Below are positions 46,709 through 57,690 of a stretch of 64,000 bases of DNA, in pieces. A program made the translations under genes and the position numbers. Each line of letters begins with the position of its first letter. The first letter of the stretch is position 1. The stretch comes from Armatimonadota bacterium (lineage in GTDB: Bacteria; Armatimonadota; HRBIN16). The notes beneath the pieces were generated by a model. It was not told the origin of the DNA, searched no databases, and saw only the letters and a list, made by a program, of their open reading frames with translations. The stretch is from the NCBI GenBank assembly GCA_963677485.1, contig OY781964.1, positions 1,184,001-1,248,000 on the forward strand. The letters are read 5' to 3'.

Positions 46709-48670
46709 ATGTCGCACAGCCATACATCACCTGAACCACCGGTTGAGGGTAAAACACGCGGGATCACCTTCCGCGCGGTGTTACTTGGGTTCATACTCAT
46801 CCCTCCCATGTGTTGGTTCAACTTCAGTACTGAAGTAATACGCTACGCCGGACAACCCACTACTATCTCTTTGATGCCGCACGTGCTGGCTCTATTGTTA
46901 GCCATGATCGGGATCAACACACTGATCGGGCGCGTGGCGCCTAAGTGGAAGTTCAGCGTCGCAGAACTGATCACCACCTACTTCATCGTCGCGATGGGCC
47001 AGACAATGGCCTCGCACGACTTGATTGAAGTGATGACCCCCATCCTTAGCTACGCCGTGAAGTACCAAAATCCGGCGAACAAATGGGCCACGGATGTTCT
47101 GCCTTACTTGCCGCATTGGTTGTTTGTTTTTGACGCCAAGGCAATTGAGCACTACTACATCGGCAACTACAACTTCTGGCAACTCAAAGAGATGAAGATT
47201 TGGGCCCTCCCACTGTTCATGTGGAGTGTCTTTTTCACCGTTTTGGCGTTTGGCCTGTTTTGCTTGAATGCACTACTGCGCAAGCAGTGGACAGAGCGAG
47301 AGCGACTGAGCTACCCTCTGGTGCAGTTCACCCTGGAGATTGCACAGCCGCGAACCCCTATTTTCCGAAACAAGATGTTCTGGATTGCTTTCGGCATCGC
47401 CGCAATTCACGATATCTGGTTCGGACTGGCTTCGCTCTACCCCAGCATCCCTGTGCCTTATCAGCGTCTGACACAGCTTGAGACCTTCATCACCAGCCCT
47501 CCGTGGAACGCCATCGGTTATACCCCGCTGACTTTCTACCCATGGATTGTGGGTATCGGTGTACTGCTGCCAACAGACCTGCTGTTCTCCATGTGGTTCT
47601 TCTTCTGGATATGGAAGCTGGAACCCGTCATCGCGGCACAATACGGCTGGAACCAGATCCCTGGATTCCCGTTTGTGAACCAGCAGTCTGCAGGTGCCTA
47701 TGCTGCCATCGCAGTGTTTACCATCTACACAGCACGCAAGGCCCTGGGACGCGGCTTCAAGGCGATCTTTGTGGGTGCAGGTGACGAAGACAAGGGTGAG
47801 CCTCTGCCCTACCGCTGGGCGGCACTTGGCTTCATATTCGCGCTGGTCGCACTGTTTGTCTTTTTCAGGCTGGCCGGAATGAGCCCATGGGTCATCTGCG
47901 CCACACTGGGCATCTACCTGGTGATCTCTATCGCTGTCACCCGTATGCGCGCCGAACTTGGTGTGCCTGCTCACGACCTTCATGATAGCGGCCCGCAGCG
48001 GTTGATCCCACTGCTGGGTCTAGCGAACATGAAGAACTCGGATGTGGCCTTAATGGCCGCTTTGCAGGGCTTTAACCGAGCCTACCGCGCACACCCGATG
48101 CCAGTGGAAGCTGAAGCTATCCGAGGTGCCGAGCGCACCGGAGGAAGCATGCGTTCGATGTTCTGGATCATGGTTGTCACTGTGTTCTGGGCCTGCATCA
48201 CGGGCTTCTTCATCAATGTCGGTTTGAACTACCACTGGGGTGCCGCCTCTAAGGTGGACAGCCCATACGTCTCTACCATTTTCGGTTCAGAGCCGTATAA
48301 CATGATCAGCGGTTATAAGGCGAGTGCGGTAGGCTCTATTCGGAGCAGCAATGTGGTTAGCGCCATGTTGGTGGGCTTCCTGGTGACTATCGCGTTGTCG
48401 ATTACCCGTCTTCAGATCATCAACTTCCCACTGCACCCGGTGGGCTTTGCCATCAGCTCAAGCTGGTCAGGAAGTATGCTGTGGTTCTCACTGCTGGTAG
48501 CCTGGGTATGCAAGACCTCGCTGATGAAGGTGGGCGGGCTAAAGCTCTTCCAAAAGGCGATGCCCTTCTTCCTTGGGCTCACGCTGGGTGAGTGCGTGCT
48601 TGGCACGTTCTGGTACTTCATGAGTGCTTTTGTGACACACAGCAAAACATTCATCATGTGGCCCATGTAA
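46709..48670 (+). CDS. DUF6785/DUF6784-like polytopic membrane protein (putative transporter)
   Basis: About 15 TM segments; LRKQWTERERLSYPL, TRMRAELG, PLHPVGF, PFFLGLTLGE motifs. Confidence 0.8.
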   Translation: MSHSHTSPEPPVEGKTRGITFRAVLLGFILIPPMCWFNFSTEVIRYAGQPTTISLMPHVLALLLAMIGINTLIGRVAPKWKFSVAELITTYFIVAMGQTMASHDLIEVMTPILSYAVKYQNPANKWATDVLPYLPHWLFVFDAKAIEHYYIGNYNFWQLKEMKIWALPLFMWSVFFTVLAFGLFCLNALLRKQWTERERLSYPLVQFTLEIAQPRTPIFRNKMFWIAFGIAAIHDIWFGLASLYPSIPVPYQRLTQLETFITSPPWNAIGYTPLTFYPWIVGIGVLLPTDLLFSMWFFFWIWKLEPVIAAQYGWNQIPGFPFVNQQSAGAYAAIAVFTIYTARKALGRGFKAIFVGAGDEDKGEPLPYRWAALGFIFALVALFVFFRLAGMSPWVICATLGIYLVISIAVTRMRAELGVPAHDLHDSGPQRLIPLLGLANMKNSDVALMAALQGFNRAYRAHPMPVEAEAIRGAERTGGSMRSMFWIMVVTVFWACITGFFINVGLNYHWGAASKVDSPYVSTIFGSEPYNMISGYKASAVGSIRSSNVVSAMLVGFLVTIALSITRLQIINFPLHPVGFAISSSWSGSMLWFSLLVAWVCKTSLMKVGGLKLFQKAMPFFLGLTLGECVLGTFWYFMSAFVTHSKTFIMWPM

Positions 48671-48696
48671 TCCGCAACACACGGCAGAAACAACCG

Positions 48697-48729
48697 AAGG
48701 CCTCTGGAGGTAACTCCAGAGGCCTTTTT
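48697..48729 (+). terminator. Intrinsic terminator
   Basis: aaggcctctggag-gtaa-ctccagaggcctt followed by ttt. Confidence 0.8.
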
Positions 48730-48871
48730 GTATGACCGAGGCGCGGATTACTGATAGATGTGCCGGGACTAGCACCCTATCATGTCAGGTAAAATGAGAA
48801 CAGAGCTGTGTGATATCTGCCCAGTGCAGTGCGAATTATCAGCTTGTATTTACAAGGACGTGGAGGAGACA

Positions 48872-49102
48872 ATGACTGTCTATTCAGGACCTTACCGACA
48901 ACATCGCGACGAAAGGCATCCGCTTGCCGCAGAAACCAGCAAGATATGCCCCTCTTGCCAGGCACATTCCACCGACCGTGATTACACCGTCACCTGCCCG
49001 GTATGTGGTGTTATTCATCACATTGACTGCTGGGTAGAACATGATGGCTGCATGGCGGAAGGATGCATACTGAAAGATATCACGCTAGACCACACACCAT
49101 AA
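48872..49102 (+). CDS. Small prokaryotic RING-finger (Prok-RING_1-like) protein
   Basis: CPSC...CPVC.VIHHIDCW...GC...GC. GGAGGAG RBS. Confidence 0.75.
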   Translation: MTVYSGPYRQHRDERHPLAAETSKICPSCQAHSTDRDYTVTCPVCGVIHHIDCWVEHDGCMAEGCILKDITLDHTP

Positions 49103-49129
49103 CCAGTGATCCGTGGTCGGGTCACACTA

Positions 49130-49270
49130 AAGACCGCCCCAGACGTTGGCGATTGCCACTGTCCGGGGCAGTCTGTGCGCAGGCTAGCGGTAGCCCAAGG
49201 CTCAAGACCGCGCCGGTCTGGCGGTTAGCCTGAAGCCACTTGTCCCGAAGACATCAAAACCGGCGAGGCT
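49130..49270 (-). repeat. Inverted copy of family B element
   Basis: ttgccactgtccggggcagtctgtgcgcaggctagcgg...caagaccgcgccggtctggcgg is the reverse complement of the 32149 unit. Confidence 0.85.
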
Positions 49271-49286
49271 AAACAAGCCGAATCAC

Positions 49287-50402
49287 TTACAGCTTGTGCA
49301 TACGCTCCACGTAATACATCACGTTCTCGAACTTCGCATCTGGCGCAATGCGGTGGTCAGGGCAAGGGATGAAGCCACCCAAATCCATTAACGGCTTCAA
49401 CCGCTCGATCTCCGCATCGATAGCGGCCTTATCATGAGCGAACACCACTTTGTTCATGCCGCCGACACCGCGCACCTGCCGGCCGTATTTTTCGCGCCAC
49501 GGGGCGATGCTGGCGCTCCAGGTGCCCACTTCCATGGGGAACATGGTATTTACGCCGTTCTCAAGCCAGATCGGCACCAGTGCGTCAATGCAGCCGTCGC
49601 AGTCCAGGCTGACGATCTCCACTCCGTATGACTTCAGCAGGTCGGTAATGCGTTTGTAGTGCTTGCCCACGTATTCGCTGAACACGCTGGGGCGCACAAG
49701 CGGGCCGTTTTTAAAACAAATGTCTTCCCAGAAGTGCCCGAAGTCCGGTTTTGCCCCGGCTTCCATGCAGGCTTTGACACCTTGGTAGCAGAGGTTGCCC
49801 ACGGTGTCGATGATCTCTTCGTACAGCTCATCGTCATCGGCATACAGGAAGCTGATTCCCTGAACGCCCAGCCAGTTTCGAATCTGCCCGTAAAGGCTGC
49901 CACAGTAGATTCCGATAGGGTATTCGCGGGATTCCGGGTCAACGGAATAGGCTTCTACGGATGGCATATGGACGCGTTTAGTGACGTCCCATTCTAGCCG
50001 CCACTTGTATTCCTTCTCCCAGGCTTCGCGATCTTTCAGCGTGTGGTCGATCTCGGCAGGGATGCTGCCTGCGCCGGGCCTGTGCAGTTCGATCATGCCA
50101 TCCGGGTTCAGCATCGTGAAAGCCCCATCGGCTAGTTGGTCGACGACCCTGGGTTCAAAACCGGGGAGTAGACCGGTAGCAGGCCCGAAGGTGCTGTACC
50201 AATCAAAGTCCCATCCGATGATTTTGTCCAGCTTTTTATCAGCAGGACTGCCGTCATATACACCGTCGATATCGGACTGCTTGAGGTGACCTTCAGCCAC
50301 CCATTTCTGCAGGGTTTCGGTCCAGTATCCAAAATGAACGACGGGCATTCTGTCCGCGTTTTGGTAGTTCAGAATCGCCATGGCTCGTTGTCTGTGTGTC
50401 AT
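49287..50402 (-). CDS. Uroporphyrinogen decarboxylase family protein (second, divergent paralogue)
   Basis: FWEDICFKNGPL, DCDG, GGMNK, GGFIPCPDH motifs. Confidence 0.87.
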   Translation of the reverse strand: MTHRQRAMAILNYQNADRMPVVHFGYWTETLQKWVAEGHLKQSDIDGVYDGSPADKKLDKIIGWDFDWYSTFGPATGLLPGFEPRVVDQLADGAFTMLNPDGMIELHRPGAGSIPAEIDHTLKDREAWEKEYKWRLEWDVTKRVHMPSVEAYSVDPESREYPIGIYCGSLYGQIRNWLGVQGISFLYADDDELYEEIIDTVGNLCYQGVKACMEAGAKPDFGHFWEDICFKNGPLVRPSVFSEYVGKHYKRITDLLKSYGVEIVSLDCDGCIDALVPIWLENGVNTMFPMEVGTWSASIAPWREKYGRQVRGVGGMNKVVFAHDKAAIDAEIERLKPLMDLGGFIPCPDHRIAPDAKFENVMYYVERMHKL

Positions 50403-50680
50403 GATGTGCAAGAAACCTCGCATTAAATATCTATACGTCTATCTGTACCACAGGCCGGTATACAATGCACCCCCTGGAAGCAGTTGATGCATGGTATTAT
50501 GGTATGCCTTTATGTCACAATTGTGCCAAGCAAGCGCATTTTATGCCGTATCCTGCAAATAACCTCACATAGAGGATAAAACCCGCCGAAAAAGGCATCC
50601 TGCCGAGTTGTTGCGGGATTGACAAAACACCAGTGTTCGCGCACAATGGTTGCGAGGCCATACGGAGGAGTCACCGCATC

Positions 50681-51052
50681 ATGCCTTTCATATACCATAT
50701 ATACAAACTGTTGCTGATATGCATTTATGGAGCCATTGTTTACGCCTGCTACCATGACGGCAGCCTAGGTAAGGTCTATGGAAACATCATTGTGGTGCTG
50801 CTGCTGATCCCTGCTGTGTTAATATGGGTCGCCTCATGGTTTGTAGAACCGGAGAGGCGGTTGCACTTGAACATGGGCCATGGGGTGGTTCTGCTGGCTG
50901 CGATTGGTCTGCTGTTTCTGAGCATGCTGATCACTGGTGACCACTTCGATGCGATGACTCTCGGGGCCATCGCACCTTCCGCCCCCGTGCTTCTGGAAGC
51001 CTGGATTTCGTATGACTTTTTCAAAAACAGCGCGCATCGGCGATACCTGTAA
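50681..51052 (+). CDS. Small four-TM hypothetical membrane protein
   Basis: Hydrophobic helices; GGAGGAG RBS. Confidence 0.65.
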   Translation: MPFIYHIYKLLLICIYGAIVYACYHDGSLGKVYGNIIVVLLLIPAVLIWVASWFVEPERRLHLNMGHGVVLLAAIGLLFLSMLITGDHFDAMTLGAIAPSAPVLLEAWISYDFFKNSAHRRYL

Positions 51053-51063
51053 TCCGGTGGTGA

Positions 51064-51390
51064 CTACAGCTTATACAGCTTCTGGCCTTTCGGGAAGAGT
51101 TCTATAGCCTCTTGACGTATCTGCCACTGCGACTCCGGTGACAGGCTGTTGTATTCGGTGATATGCACCGAGAGTGGCCCGGCAGCCTCATTCGCGGTCA
51201 TTTGCAGGTAGCCCAGTAAGTCTACGTCGATTTTGTTTGGTGACTCGATGGCGAGGAGCACAGGCTCGAAGCGGTCATATGATCCCCAGGCGCGGGCACC
51301 ATACAGATAAATACGGCAGCCACTCTCTGGCCCAAGCTCGTTGAAGATGGACTTTTGGATTTCGATTATCTGGGCAGTCTGATCAAACAT
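51064..51390 (-). CDS. Minimal nucleotidyltransferase (MNT)-like protein, degenerate
   Basis: IYLYGARAWG...LAI and IRQEAIEL follow the MNT pattern; DxD is missing. Confidence 0.7.
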   Translation of the reverse strand: MFDQTAQIIEIQKSIFNELGPESGCRIYLYGARAWGSYDRFEPVLLAIESPNKIDVDLLGYLQMTANEAAGPLSVHITEYNSLSPESQWQIRQEAIELFPKGQKLYKL

Positions 51391-51491
51391 GGGTGTATCC
51401 TCTTACCGAAGCTATTTTTTTAATAGTACCGCATGGATGTTAAGGAGATAATACATAAGTGAGAATCCGGTAGAAATGCCAGATTACGAAC

Positions 51492-52202
51492 TCAGTTGAA
51501 CGTGCTGATGAACCTGAGAAGCAGTACCTTGCAGGCGTCTGGCGCGGTCAGGTGCGTGGCGTTCACCTGAACAGTTTGGGCTGCCGGCTGACATTGGAGC
51601 GCGAGCTGCTGTATCTCCTCTTCGCTCATGATCACATCGCCCTTGGCGGACACCAGCAGCAGCGGTCGGCCACCGAGGCCGGTGAAGCCATGCATCGCCG
51701 TGCGCACCTCGGACAGCATCTGCTCGGGCGTGCAGCCGATCAAATAGCTCCGTCGGCTGGCGCGCATCGCCTGCCCGATGGGGGTGTTGAAGCCGTTGCC
51801 CGCATCCAAGCCGATGGTGATTCCCACTGCACCTGCTATGTGTGGCAGCTCTGCCGCGATACACAGACTGGCGGCTCCACCCAGACTGTGACCCGCCAGC
51901 ACCACAGGCATCGACCAAAGCTGCCGGGCGTACTCCGCACACTCACGAACCGCCAGACAGGCATCGCGAAACCCACGCATCGGCCGCGTGCTGGCCCCCA
52001 GAATGTGCCCTGGCAGGTCAGGACACATCACTGGAACGCCCCTCTCACAAAGGTAGTTCGCCAGCAGGTCCATACTGGCGGCACTGCTGGTCAATCCGTG
52101 AGTCAGCACCAGACCAACGGGGCTGCTTACCTCACTCGGCTGGTATAACAGCGCACTGAGGCCCTCTGCCGGTTCTATCCTCTGCAAAACCACCTGGCTC
52201 AA
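51492..52202 (-). CDS. Alpha/beta-fold hydrolase
   Basis: LTHGLTS, DLPGH, GHSLGG nucleophile elbow. Confidence 0.85.
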   Translation of the reverse strand: MSQVVLQRIEPAEGLSALLYQPSEVSSPVGLVLTHGLTSSAASMDLLANYLCERGVPVMCPDLPGHILGASTRPMRGFRDACLAVRECAEYARQLWSMPVVLAGHSLGGAASLCIAAELPHIAGAVGITIGLDAGNGFNTPIGQAMRASRRSYLIGCTPEQMLSEVRTAMHGFTGLGGRPLLLVSAKGDVIMSEEEIQQLALQCQPAAQTVQVNATHLTAPDACKVLLLRFISTFN

Positions 52203-52606
52203 AGTAGCTGGATGCTCTTCGGGGTAAACTGGTGGAACTCAATCGGGTTGCCGTCTGGATCAGCCACCCAGAACTGCCAGCTCTCATCCACCTGCAGCGT
52301 CGGTTCACCGTATAGAGCAGGCACACCCGCGCCAGTGATGCGCTCGTAAGCCGCCTGGATGTCGTCCACCTGCAAGCAGATATGCACATAGCCGCAGCGG
52401 CCGTCATCGGATGCCTTCACGGCGGCATCTACGGGGAAGAGCTCGATAAACTGGCCATCAGCCACTTTCAGATAGACAAGGATCACCTGGCCCTCCGGGC
52501 TGGTGTAACGCCAGGTCTCGCGCAGCCCCAGCACACCGGTGTAGAACGCCAGGCTCCGCTGCAGGTCGGTGATGCGCACCGCAATATGGGTCAGTCCGTT
52601 AATCAT
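52199..52606 (-). CDS. VOC/glyoxalase family protein
   Basis: HIAVRITDLQRSLAFY, HICLQVDD, DPDGNPIEF. Confidence 0.92.
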   Translation of the reverse strand: MINGLTHIAVRITDLQRSLAFYTGVLGLRETWRYTSPEGQVILVYLKVADGQFIELFPVDAAVKASDDGRCGYVHICLQVDDIQAAYERITGAGVPALYGEPTLQVDESWQFWVADPDGNPIEFHQFTPKSIQLL

Positions 52607-52869
52607 GCTAGGCTACCTCTGGAAGATTTTGAGTTATACAGCCACACTATGCCACAAAACAGCAGCGGGAGGCTAACCGTTGATGGCGATGACTGGCAGT
52701 TATTGGTGATGATTAGGAACCGTCGTAAACCAGAACCTGTTGACAGCAAGTAAATGGAAACGAGGAGTGTTCTAGGGTATACTCATTCCGTAGCATATAT
52801 CAAGGACGTTTCGCTACAGATAGGCACAGCCTGGTCAACTGTTACGAATGACATGAGGGGTACTCGTTA

Positions 52870-54470
52870 ATGAAATTAAAGTGGGTTATCGTCGCTATCT
52901 GCATTTGCATTGTCGCTATACTATGGGGTGTGAGGAAAAAGCCTCAGGTAAGCACAATACGGCCGACACCTATGCTGGGTGTATCAGTCAAGATGATCGA
53001 AGTTTCAAGGCCTAAAAATGACACTAGTGAGGCTTGGATGGTACCAATGAGACTAGCAGATGATGGTGTTTTGCTGTACGGACACAGTGACAGAGATGCC
53101 AACGGGATGGCAATTGAAAAGCATGATGGATTAGTCATGAAGGTAGATCAACGTGGAAGGACGGTGTGGAGCAAACGCTATCGAACGACTGGATATGACG
53201 ATATCGATGGTGCAAGACAATATCCCAACGGTGACATATTCCTTTTTGGGAACCTTGGTTTGAGCTATACCGATAAGGAAAATCCAAAAGCTGTGGAATT
53301 CCGAACAAGACTGACCAAGAGTGGTCGACAGGTCTGGATGAAGCAACAACCATGCAAGGTGACCATGACTACGGGTATCTTGGATTGCTCCAATGACGGA
53401 GTTTTGATGGGTAATATCACAATCGGTCTTGTAGACAACAAGGGTAATGAAAAGTGGCACTGTAGTCCAAATCGGAGCATTCATTGGACGATTGCTACAT
53501 CGGGCGACACATGGGGCACTACCGGTTTGCGGTCACCAGACCCGTTGACGCGACTGCATATACTGGTACAGATATGTGGTGCATTAAGGATGGGAAACTG
53601 GCGTCAGACAGGAAAGTCATCAATAATTTTCAGACCAATCCGGGAGCAAATGTGCCGGAATCACCTCTAGTAGTAGGTATAGGCCGTAATGGCAAGCATG
53701 GCGAGGTAGTGTTGCTCAATCCTGACACGGGCTGGAGGAAAACCCTCAGCACGTACCCTTCCGGAATGTTTGACTATACCATTCGGGTGCTTGAGCATTC
53801 AAAAAGCAGCTTTACATACCTGGTTCTGAGAGACGGAAATGATCAAGGCATGACTACAGATGATCCTGCTGACAACACCATGGATCGAACCGCTACTGTC
53901 TTTCGGTATTCGGGTTTGAAATCTCAGAAGCTTTTCGATATTTATACGGCACCAGTATACGGACTGGACTATCACCAACCTGATGTCTTGTGTAGAGAAG
54001 ATGGTTCCTTTGTGAGCGTGACCTGTTTCGGCGGTGGAGGATACGGTTCCCAATTCAAGATCGGCACGGTCATCGGCGTGTTCAGTCCAAATGGTGTGAG
54101 GCTGGGTGAATTCTCAACCGTGCCGCAAGCGGAAAGGGCTACGTTGAACAGCTCTCTCAGTGTCCTGGCCGGGCAGACTGGATATGGAAGATCAGCCTTC
54201 GTTGCCACTCTTCCCAAAATCAACATTCCGCTGTTCAACCCGGCTCCGGGCGCATACACAAGTCCTCAGGTCGTAAAAATCACTTGCGCAACCAAAGGTG
54301 CGACCATCCATTACACCACAGACGGTAGCGAGCCGACAACCAGCAGCACTAAGTATGCGGGTGCAATCGCAGTAAATAGCAGTATGACCATCAAAGCATG
54401 CGCATTTAAGGCGGGCACCATACCCAGCCTGCGCGCCGAGGCGAAATACCTAGTTAAATCGATGCGGTAG
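52870..54470 (+). pseudogene. Frameshifted exported protein with C-terminal chitobiase/FN3-associated domain
   Basis: ORF 52870-53670 carries the N-terminal anchor. The overlapping frame, open from 53466 to 54470, carries PLFNPAPGAY...IHYTTDGSEPT. Consistent with a single -1 frameshift; two separate genes cannot be excluded. Confidence 0.55.
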
Positions 54471-54504
54471 GCAGGATTCTATATATTTAGCTTGAAAATA
54501 ACTT

Positions 54505-54734
54505 GGTTGGCTATGTCTGGGGTGGTCTGGCGGTACGCTTGAGATGACCGCTGTCTATAGACGGCGCCGGTCATGTTCCCGACACAGATCTTCCGTGGCT
54601 ATCCGCCAGACCGGCGCGGTCTCTAGCTTTTTGCATCCGCTAGCGTGCGCACAGACCGCCCCGGACTTTGCCAATTGAAGGGTGCGAATCAGTTACAGCC
54701 TGGGCTGCCGTGTCAGAACGGGCGGATGCTTGTT
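54505..54734 (+). repeat. Family B element followed by family G repeat
   Basis: ttggctatgtctggggtggtct...agaccgccccggactttgccaa, then gttacagcctgggctgccgtg. Confidence 0.8.
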
Positions 54735-54818
54735 GTTGTAGCTTTACTACAGACAGATGCAGGTTGAATAGAATATGTGGGTGGCTGTGTGACTACGCAA
54801 GTAAAACGGAAAGGTTAT

Positions 54819-54848
54819 AATTTTACTTACTATTTGCTAAGTAAAATT
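54819..54848. promoter_or_regulatory. Palindromic putative operator upstream of sugar-utilisation genes
   Basis: AATTTTACTTA-ctatttgc-TAAGTAAAATT (perfect 11-bp arms) overlapping a TATAAT at 54816-54821, in an AT-rich patch with extra half-sites. Confidence 0.55.
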
Positions 54849-54976
54849 TCTTTACTTTAAGTCCTTCGCCCTTCGCACCATACACTCACCCGCGTGGTCT
54901 TCCATTAAGCAAACACAGTTGCCATTCCCTTCATTCTGGCGTATGCTAATCTTAATCACGATCGCGAGGTTCTCAA

Positions 54977-56455
54977 ATGACTACTCCCATCAGGCTCCAT
55001 CCCGAAAACCCGAAAGTTTTGGAATTCCGAGGCAAACCCTTCGTGCTGGTCACCGCGACAGAGCACTACGGTGCGGTGATGAACCGGCCGTTTGACATCG
55101 ACAAATACCTGCACGATGCCGCCGAGAAGGGCATGACGGTCACACGCCTCTTCACGCTGTTCCGCGAGTTGCAGGGACCGAACAACCCATACAGCACCTG
55201 CAAACCGGAATCCACCGACTACGTGGCGCCTTTCGTACGCACCGGTCCGGGCATCGCAGGCGACTGCCAGTTGAAGTATGACCTCGACCAGTGGAACCCC
55301 GAGTTCACCGAGCGGCTGCACCACTTCCTGGGACTGGCCAGCGAGCTGGGCATCATGGTGGAGATGACCGTGCTCAGCAACACCTACTGCGACGCCGTGT
55401 GGGCACTGAACCCGATGAACCCGGCGAACAACATCAACGGTCTGCCCGCCATGCTCTGGCCGGAATACATGTCGCTGCGCCACCCCGAGCTGTTTGCCCG
55501 TCAGGCCGCTTATGTGAAGCGGATGGTGCAGGAAACCCAGGGATATGACAACCTGATGTATGAAATCTGCAACGAGCCGGGCGGCGCACTCACACACGAA
55601 GCGGGTGTCTCCACCGATGAAGTGAACGAGTGGCAGATCGCCATCGCGAAAGTGATTCGCGAGAACGACAAGGCTGGTCACATGGTGGTTGGTCAAGAGG
55701 CGTTCCAATGGGTGCCCTTCGAGCAGAAGTCCACCTACAGCTTCAAGGAGCTGCCCATCGATATGGTGAACATGCACCCGCTGCCCAACACCACATTCGA
55801 GGATGTGAGTTACGATATGGGCGAGTTCATGATGAAGCAGCTCAAAATCCGCAACATGCAGAACTACTGCCTGGCCACCTATGATCAGCCGAAACCGCTG
55901 AACTACGATGAAGACAACTCCGCCAGCCAGTACCGTGAGCCAGAGGGCTGGACCGTCCACCGAAAGCGCGCCTGGACCAGCGTGCTCTCAGGTGCCCATT
56001 ATGATGTGATCGACTTCTCGATCCTTCCCGGTTTTGAGGCCGGCACGAAGGCTTCTCAGAAAGGCCTCCGGCAATGGCTGGGGATTCTGGGCAAGACCAT
56101 CAACAGCATCCCGCTGGTGGAGGCGCGTCCCCTGCCAGGTATCGTACTGAGTATGCCGGAACATCTGCTGGCCTCCGCCATGGTGACCCAGGGACAGCAC
56201 GCCCTGATCTATCTGGCCGATGAGCGTGAGTTGGGCGTGGACGGTGCGGGATGCGAGATCAGCGGTGAGTGCGTGATCCAGTGTCCTGCAGGCGATGTGC
56301 TTGTGCGGCTTCTCTCGCCGGAGACAGGCATGTATTCGCCCTGGATATCCGCTCATAGTGATGGCGAACCGAACGGCGATGGCGAACTGCGCTTGACGCT
56401 GCCGGTGTTCCGCCAGGATATCGCCATTGAGGTGGTTCGGCCCACAGGCAAATAG
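54977..56455 (+). CDS. GH5/DUF4038-like TIM-barrel hydrolase with C-terminal beta-domain
   Basis: YEICNEP acid/base-like motif, KPLNYDE; cytoplasmic. Confidence 0.65.
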   Translation: MTTPIRLHPENPKVLEFRGKPFVLVTATEHYGAVMNRPFDIDKYLHDAAEKGMTVTRLFTLFRELQGPNNPYSTCKPESTDYVAPFVRTGPGIAGDCQLKYDLDQWNPEFTERLHHFLGLASELGIMVEMTVLSNTYCDAVWALNPMNPANNINGLPAMLWPEYMSLRHPELFARQAAYVKRMVQETQGYDNLMYEICNEPGGALTHEAGVSTDEVNEWQIAIAKVIRENDKAGHMVVGQEAFQWVPFEQKSTYSFKELPIDMVNMHPLPNTTFEDVSYDMGEFMMKQLKIRNMQNYCLATYDQPKPLNYDEDNSASQYREPEGWTVHRKRAWTSVLSGAHYDVIDFSILPGFEAGTKASQKGLRQWLGILGKTINSIPLVEARPLPGIVLSMPEHLLASAMVTQGQHALIYLADERELGVDGAGCEISGECVIQCPAGDVLVRLLSPETGMYSPWISAHSDGEPNGDGELRLTLPVFRQDIAIEVVRPTGK

Positions 56456-56641
56456 GGCCGCCTCGGTGACGCGAATGCTCATGATGCAGGAATACGCTGG
56501 GCTCATGGGGTATATATAAGGTTGATATGTAAGTTGTGGCATCCCCCGCCATCGAATATGGGCGACCATCTGACAGTGAGGGATGAAACAACGTGCTGAA
56601 CACCGATTTTGAAACCGAACAACTCTTAGGAGGTGCGCATC

Positions 56642-57679
56642 ATGGCGCGACCAGTCACTCTTGTTACCGGTCAATGGGCCGATATGCCCCTGGACGAACT
56701 TGCCGAATTAATGTGCGAACTTGGATACGATGGTCTGGAACTGGCCTGCTGGGGTGACCACTTTGATGTGGAAGCCGCCCTCAGTACAGACGGCTACATC
56801 CAAAGTCGCTGGGATATTCTAGAAAAATACCAACTGGGCTGTTATGCCATCAGCAACCACTTGGTGGGACAGTGCGTGTGCGACAAAATCGACGAACGCC
56901 ACCAGTCGATCCTTCCCCCCAGCGTGTGGGGCGACGGCAACCCTGAGAAGGTTCAGGAGCGTGCCGCTGAGACGATGAAGCACACAGCTCAAGCTGCCAG
57001 GCTCATGTTTGATGGCGCTCCGGATGAGGTCAAGGCATTGTGTATGCGTCCAGTGGTGAACGGCTTCACCGGAAGCAGTATCTGGCCGAAGCTCTACTCC
57101 TTCCCGCCCATGCTTCCTGGCACCATCGATGCTGGTTATAAGGACTTCGCGGACCGTTGGCTGCCCATCCTGGACGCCTTCGAAGCCGTGAATGTGGATT
57201 TCGCACTGGAAGTTCACCCCACCGAAATCGCATTTGACACCGTCTCCGCACAGCGTGCGCTGTCGGCAGTCAACGGACACAAGCGGTTCGGCTTCAACTA
57301 CGACCCTAGCCACCTTGGCTATCAGGGCGTGGACTACGTGGGCTTCATCCGCGCCTTCGCAGAGCGCATCTACCATGTGCATATGAAGGATGTCTACTGG
57401 TCATCCAACCCGTGCGGCAGCGGTGTGTTTGGCGGTCACCTGGACTTCGGAGACTACCGCCGGTTCTGGAACTTCCGAAGCCTGGGCCGCGGCTCGGTGG
57501 ACTTTGAGGAGATCATCCGCGCGCTGAACGACATCGACTACGGCGGCCCACTGAGCGTAGAGTGGGAAGACGCCGGCATGGATCGCGTGCAGGGTGCCGA
57601 AGAGGCCTGCGAGTTCGTGCAGAACGTCGACTTCCAGCCCAGTGAGATCGTCTTCGACGCCGCCTTCGAGAAGAAGTAG
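56642..57679 (+). CDS. Sugar phosphate isomerase/epimerase (AP-endonuclease-2 / xylose-isomerase-like TIM barrel)
   Basis: [43 protein letters not shown] motifs. Confidence 0.9.
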   Translation: MARPVTLVTGQWADMPLDELAELMCELGYDGLELACWGDHFDVEAALSTDGYIQSRWDILEKYQLGCYAISNHLVGQCVCDKIDERHQSILPPSVWGDGNPEKVQERAAETMKHTAQAARLMFDGAPDEVKALCMRPVVNGFTGSSIWPKLYSFPPMLPGTIDAGYKDFADRWLPILDAFEAVNVDFALEVHPTEIAFDTVSAQRALSAVNGHKRFGFNYDPSHLGYQGVDYVGFIRAFAERIYHVHMKDVYWSSNPCGSGVFGGHLDFGDYRRFWNFRSLGRGSVDFEEIIRALNDIDYGGPLSVEWEDAGMDRVQGAEEACEFVQNVDFQPSEIVFDAAFEKK

Positions 57680-57690
57680 GCTAATCGACA

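Noticed and set aside
3430-54734. Integron attC cassette array
   Set aside because: The repeats lack consistent RYYYAAC...GTTRRRY ends, flank housekeeping genes in both orientations, and no integrase is present.
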